From contig CAWHQC010000009.1 of NCBI GenBank assembly GCA_963831425.1, positions 4,184 through 68,183 on the forward strand: DNA of 64,000 nucleotides. Reading direction: 5' to 3'. This DNA is from an uncultured Gemmatimonadales bacterium (GTDB taxonomy: Bacteria > Gemmatimonadota > Gemmatimonadetes > Gemmatimonadales > GWC2-71-9). This document shows positions 59,281 through 64,000 of the stretch, in pieces. The notes below the pieces were generated by a model. That model ran no database searches, was not told where the DNA came from, and saw only the letters and a program-made list of their open reading frames with translations. A program made the position numbers and the translations under genes. Position 1 is the first letter of the stretch, and every line of letters begins with the position of its first letter.

Positions 59281-60986
59281 ACCGGCGCTCCAGCTCCTCG
59301 CGCGGCAACTGGACGATCGTCGCGCGCCCATGCACGTCGTGCGGCGGGAGGTCGGTGGCGAAGAGGCGGAGCAGCAGCTCGCGCATCTCGGGCTGCTCGA
59401 GGCGCTCGCCGGCCTTGACCGCCGCCCGGCAGGCGTAGGTGGCGGCGAAGCGCTCGAGCCGGTTGGCCCAGCCGCCGAACCGGCCGCGCGCCAGGTCGGC
59501 CACCAGCTCGCGGAAGCAGGCGCCGGCGTCGAACCGCGGGTGCGGCGACGGCACCGCGTGCAGCACCACGGACCGTCCGCCGAACGCCTCCGCCTCGAAT
59601 CCCACGCGACGAAGCTGCGCCGTCGTGCCGCTCGACCGCGTCGAGCTCCTCGTCGGTGAGCTCCAGGGTGAGCGGCAGCAGGAGCCGCTGCGCCGGGCGC
59701 GCCCGCGCCGGTGAGCTGGGCCAGGACCGCCTCGTACAGCACCCGCTCGTGCGCCGAGTGCTGGTCCACGATGACGATGCCCTCGGCGGCCTGGTACACG
59801 ATGTAGGTGTCGAACATCTGCAGCAGCGGGGCCTGAAACCCGGATGGCCCGGCCCGCCGGGTGCCTCGGCCGGCTGCTCGGCGCGGCGAACAGCTCGTCG
59901 AATAGCCGGTCGTCGGGCCGCGACAGCCGGGCCGTCCCGGGCACCAGAGGCCGGCAGCGGGCGCCAGTCGCCCACCGGCGCCGCGGCGACGAGCGCGCCC
60001 AGCGCGTGGCGCACGGCCTCCTCGACCACGCGCTCCACGCCGATGCGATCGCGGAAACGCACCTCGAGCTTGGCGGGGTGGACGTTCACGTCCACGTCCT
60101 CCGGCGCGACCTCGAGCCGGAGGTAGCAGCGACGGGCCGGTCGCCCGGATGGATCGCCGAGCGGTAGCCGGCCTCCGCGGCGCGGACGAGGAACGGGTCC
60201 TTGAAGGGCCGGCCGTTCACGAAGAGCTGGGTGCGGCGGCCGGTGGGCTGCGCGTCGCCCGGCCGCTGCACGAAGCCCGTCGACCCGGAACGCGCCGGCC
60301 GCATAGCCCACCGGCACCAGCGTGCCCGCGAGCTCGCGTCCCCACACCGCGGCGAGCCGCTCCTCCGGCGCCTGATCCGGCGGGCACCGGCAGGCGCGTG
60401 GTGCCGTCCACCTCGAGCTCGAACCCGACTTCCGGGATGGGCCAGGGCCAGCGTGGCGACCGCCTCATGAGCCGCGCGGGTCTCGCTCGCGGCCGACCGC
60501 AGGAATTTCCGGCGGGCCGGCGTATTGAAGAAGAGCGCCGCGCACCGTGACCGTCGTGCCCCGCTGGCGGACGGCGTCGGCCACCCGGTCGAGCCGGCCG
60601 CCGGTGACGCGTCGAGCTCGGTGCCCGGTCTCGTCCGTCGGCTGGTCGTGAGCGCGAAGCGCGAGACCGAGGCGATGGCGGGCAGCGCCTCGCCCCGGAA
60701 GCCGAAGGTGGCGACGCCGACCAGGTCGGCGGCGCTCCGGACCTTGCTCGTGGCGTGCCGGTCGAGCGCGAGCACCGCGTCCTCCCGTCCCATGCCGGTG
60801 CCGTCGTCGCTCACCTGCGATCAGCGTCTTGCCGCCGTTCTCGAGCTCCACCCGCACGTGCCGCGCGCCGGCGTCGAGCGCGTTCTCCACCAGCTCCTTG
60901 ACCACCGACGCCGGGCGCTCGACCACTTCGCCCGCGGCGATCTGGTCGGCGACGGCGTCGGGCAGGATGGCGATGCGGCGCGGCAT
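59267..60986 (-). pseudogene. mutL: DNA mismatch repair protein MutL, many frame hops
   Basis: [40 protein letters not shown]..., [23 protein letters not shown]...[14 protein letters not shown], and C-terminal ...HGRATIVQLPREELERRFGRR* with TAG at 59267-59269. The pieces are scattered over three frames. Confidence 0.8.
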
Positions 60987-60995
60987 GGCGAGAAT

Positions 60996-61680
60996 CTAGC
61001 CGCCGATCGCGGCGACCGCGTCGTCGGGAGCCCAGCCTTCGCGGCCGCCCGGCGCCCGCACCAGGACCCAGCCCGGGCGTGCGCCGCAGCGATCCGCACC
61101 GCGCTGCCGCCGTCGAGCGGGCGCGAGCGCCGGCGCCCGGCCGTGCGGCGAGAGCCGGAGCGTGGCTCGGTCGAGCACGATGCGCGAGCGGGCCGCCGGT
61201 ACCAGGCGCGGAGCGCCAGCCCGCCGAACACGGCGCACGCCCGCGAAGACCAGCAGGACCGTCCACCGCTCGCGCACCCGCGGCCGGAACACCCAGCCGA
61301 GCCAGCCGGCGAGCCAGCCGAGCGCCGCCGGCCAGCAGCAGCTCCTCCGGCGTGACCGGCGGCGACCAGGTCCAGCGCGCCGACGTCGACGTCGGGCGGA
61401 GGCGTGAGCGCGAGGGCCCGCCGGACCGACGGCGCGCGCGGAGCGAGCCGCCGCGCCTGGAGCCACGCCGCGGCGGCCCGCCCCGTGGCGCCCAGCCGGT
61501 AGTAGGCCGCGCCGAGATTGTACCAGTGCGCCGCCACGGCCGGCTCCGCCGCGGCCCGGCGGCGCGAAGCCGTCGGCCGCGGCGCGGAGCGCGCCGCTCT
61601 CGTAGAGCTGCTCCGGCGCCGGGGCTCTGGGCCGCAACGCCGGCCGAGGCCGCGCGATCGCGAGCAGGCCAGAGGAGCAC
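60996..61680 (-). pseudogene. BatE-like TPR + SH3 protein, frameshifted; no stop separates it from the batD-like region
   Basis: PEQLYESGALRAAADGF, AAHWYNLGAAYYRLGATGRAAAAWLQARRLAP (TPR), a TM segment ALGWLAGWLGWVF, and C-terminal GWVLVRAPGGREGWAPDDAVAAIGG* (SH3-like). Confidence 0.5.
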
Positions 61681-63393
61681 GCGCCGCGCCCGCGGCCACG
61701 CCGCGCGAGTGACCGCCCGCCGAGCCGGCGGACCACCTCGTGCGACCTCGGCGGCGAGCGTCGCGTCGTCGCCCGCGGCCGCGCGCCGGTCCGTACCGCC
61801 GCGCCAGCAGCCGGTCGCGCACCGCGGCTACCCGGGCCGCGAGCTCGGCGTCGGCGCCGGCCGCGCGGACCGCGGCAGCGAGCGCGGCCCGAAGCGGCGG
61901 TCGGGATCGGGCACGAGCGTCCGCAGCAGGCGTCGAGCTCCGCCTCGGCGCTCCGCGAGATCGGAGCCGCGCTGCCGCCGAGCCGGCGGCGCCGGCGCGC
62001 CGGAGCGGCAGCCGCCCGCGCAGCGACAGCGAGCAGCGGCGGCAGCGCGAGCAGCAGCGAGCCAGGCCCAGTCGGGCACGCCGTGCGCCAGCCGCCAGGC
62101 GAGCGCGCGGGCCGTCTTCCTCGCAGCAGCGCGGGTGGCAGCGCGGCGGCGGCGGCCGATTCCCCCCGGCGCACGTCACCGGCAGCGAGCCGCGGCCGGG
62201 CGCCGAGCTCCTGGTAGCGGTCCGGCGCCAGATCGAAGTAGGCGTAGCTGACCGCGGGCGAGCGCCAGCGCGCCGGCCGAGTCGGGCACGACGCAGGTAG
62301 CGGAACGTCTTCGTGCCGCCGACCCGGCCCTCCGTGGTCGCGACCTGCTCGTCCACGCGCTCGAGATAGGCGCGGACGGTCCGCGGGCCAGCGAAGCTCC
62401 GGATGTCGGCCAGAGCGCCGTGTTGCCTTCGCCCGCTCAGGCGCAGCTCGACCGCGACGCCTTCGCCGACGCGTGGCCGCCGGCGGGTCGACATGCCGCG
62501 CTCGAGCCGTGAGCCCCGAGCCGATCGCGCCGCCGAAGTCCGCGGGCCGTCCCGCGGCGGGCAGCGGGCGCACGGCCAGCGTGTCGGCCCGGCTCGACAG
62601 CGCGAAGCGCTCCTCCTGGCTGAAGAACTGGAGCGCGACCGGGCGTGCTGTACTTGAGCGTCGCGCGCGGGATCGCCGACCGGTCCCGGCCACGAGCGGA
62701 AAGACGACCTGGTGCGACGACGAAGAGGTCGTACCAGCGGCCCCGGATGTTGCGCGTGGCGGCGATGCCGCTGGGCGTGGCCTGCGGGATAGCTCCACAC
62801 GCCGTCGATGACCGGCGGCTGCAGCGTCGGCGGGCGGCGAAGCTGCAGCCGGAGGTCGCGCGGGAACCAGGCGGCGGTGACCACGTCCACCTGCTCGCCC
62901 ACCCGCACGCGTGTCGGTCGACACGAGCAGGTCGACCGCCGGCTGCCCGCGCGGCGGCGGCGGCGCGTGCTCGAGCAGCCGTCGGAGGCGCGGACTCAGC
63001 GTCGTGGCGGTGGCCGCCCGGTTGGCGGCGACGTCGACCACCACCGCCGCCGCCTCGACCGTATCGCGCCCCTGCATCGCCCGGGCCGGGCCGATCTGCC
63101 AGCGGCCGGGCCGCACGGCGCGCAGCCGGATCTCGAGCACCGTCGTGCGGGTGGGGCCGTCGCCGAGCGCCACCTCGGTGCGCTCGCTCCGCGCCGACGA
63201 TCTCGAGCCCGTTGAACGGCGCGAGCGTCACCTGCATCGGCGCCGGCGAATGGCTCACCGCGCGGAGCGTGTAGGTCAGCTCCTCGCCGACCGAGACGCG
63301 GTCCTCGTCGACCGACGCCTCGAGCTGCGGGCCGCTCGCCCTGGCAGCCGGCCAGCGCAGGCCGCGACCAGGAGCCGGAGCAGCGGCGCTCAC
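61681..63393 (-). pseudogene. BatD-like (oxygen-tolerance) protein, many frame hops
   Basis: GTG at 63393 (GTGA overlap with the batC-like stop). Pieces include QLEASVDEDRVSVGEELTYTLRAV, TTVLEIRLRAVRPGRWQIGPA, VGEQVDVVTAAWFPRDLRLQL, ALQFFSQEERFALSSRADTLAVRPLPAAGRPADFGGAIG and a TM LLLALPPLLAV. Confidence 0.5.
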
Positions 63394-64000
63394 CAGTCCT
63401 TCACTCCGCCGGCCGAGCCGGTCTGCATGCGGCGCTGCTGCTCCTCGCGGGTCCGCCGCTCCCGCCGCTCCATCGAGTTGAGGATCTGCTCCGCCTGGCT
63501 CTGGCTGACAGTCCCTGCGGCTCGGGCTGGGGCGGCCGCTGCTGGGGCGACTGCGGCGCCGCCGCTCGGCGGCGGCGGCCGCCGCCGCCCCCGCCGCCAC
63601 TCTGCGGCGGAGGCGGCGGCCGGCGCCGCTCGGCGAGCTCGAGGTTCCACTTGGCCCGTGCGGACGAAGGCTGCAGCAGCAGCGCCTGCCGCAGCCGGTC
63701 GGCGGCGTCGTCGAGCAGCTCGTCCGCGCCGGCGCGTGTCGGCCTGCGCGGCGAGCAGGCCGACCAGGCCCAGGTTGTAGAGCGCGCGATAGCGGAGCGC
63801 CGGGATCGAGCGACTTGGCCGCCTCCGCCAGCGCACCCCGGGCGACGTCGAGCCGCCCGGCCTCGAGCGCCGCGGTGCCCGCGTTGTAGAAGGCGGTGTC
63901 CTCGGCGCGGCCGGCGCCGGCCTCCTTGAGGAACTCGGCCGCGGCGCGGGTCGGGATCGCCGGCGGCGAGCGCCCGCGTCGCCCGCGGTCGGCCGCTGGG
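63390..64000 (-). pseudogene. BatC-like TPR protein, 5' end beyond the window, frameshifted
   Basis: ALRYRALYNLGLVGLLAAQ (TPR) and the C-terminal SQAEQILNSMERRERRTREEQQRRMQTGSAGGVKDW* resemble BatC tails ending in KDW. Confidence 0.45.

Noticed and set aside
57249-60347. 1032-aa minus-strand ORF, together with the 742-aa ORF at 53807-56035 and the 695/725-aa ORFs at 60821-63173.
   Set aside because: These are chimeras. Recognisable fragments of bshA-frame-shifted text, miaA, mutL, UbiA, coaX, birA and the bat genes appear only in short stretches, joined by out-of-frame read-through. They are not real large proteins.
61828-61830. TAG at 61828-61830 as the genuine batD stop codon.
   Set aside because: It lies in a frame whose local translation (..APTPSSRPG*) is nonsense, while a coherent helical segment in another frame reads straight across it.

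Overview
This is a very GC-rich bacterial chromosomal segment. Protein sequences and gene order look Gemmatimonadota-like, but that is inference only. The content is overwhelmingly core housekeeping and mostly on the minus strand. In order it contains: tRNA-Pro; a tightly overlapped porin-tupA-tupB-tupC tungstate-type ABC uptake operon with a ModE-type HTH regulator; rdgB-rph-rfaE and an antiporter; an envelope-biogenesis cluster (LptE-like and other lipoproteins, a 971-aa gluzincin + PD40 propeller + beta-barrel protein, a HEAT-repeat cyclophilin, a YbgC-like thioesterase, an LpxH-like gene, murI); tRNA-Sec (selC) abutting ridA-fhs; tatD, secDF, ribF; truB-rbfA-DUF503-infB-ylxQ-nusA-rimP with a recognisable promoter and leader terminator; pgeF-murA; gatCAB-pcrA-histidine kinase-serS; a Roadblock / two sugar-nucleotidyltransferase / MBL operon; groESL with a perfect CIRCE operator; a copper-monooxygenase-like gene with a His-rich mini-ORF; NlpC/P60; UbiA-coaX-birA-uppP-bshA-miaA-mutL; and batC/D/E-like genes at the right edge. 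I saw no mobile elements, CRISPR array, prophage or recognisable defence genes. Positions 1-18,600 read cleanly. From tatD onward, many conserved genes (tatD, secD, groEL, miaA, mutL, coaX, birA, bat genes and others) can only be followed by hopping between reading frames. I interpret this as indel errors in the sequence rather than biology, so coordinates in 49.4-56.4 kb and 58.4-64 kb are approximate. I did not find a convincing novel multi-gene system. The best leads are: selC together with tungstate uptake; a family of G-rich/C-rich octamer palindromes (one in-frame inside pcrA, one flanking a 28-bp perfect inverted repeat); a rimP-nusA leader attenuator; a PHM/DBH-like copper protein with a His-rich peptide; and an unusual outer-membrane gluzincin/propeller/barrel protein within an envelope cluster.
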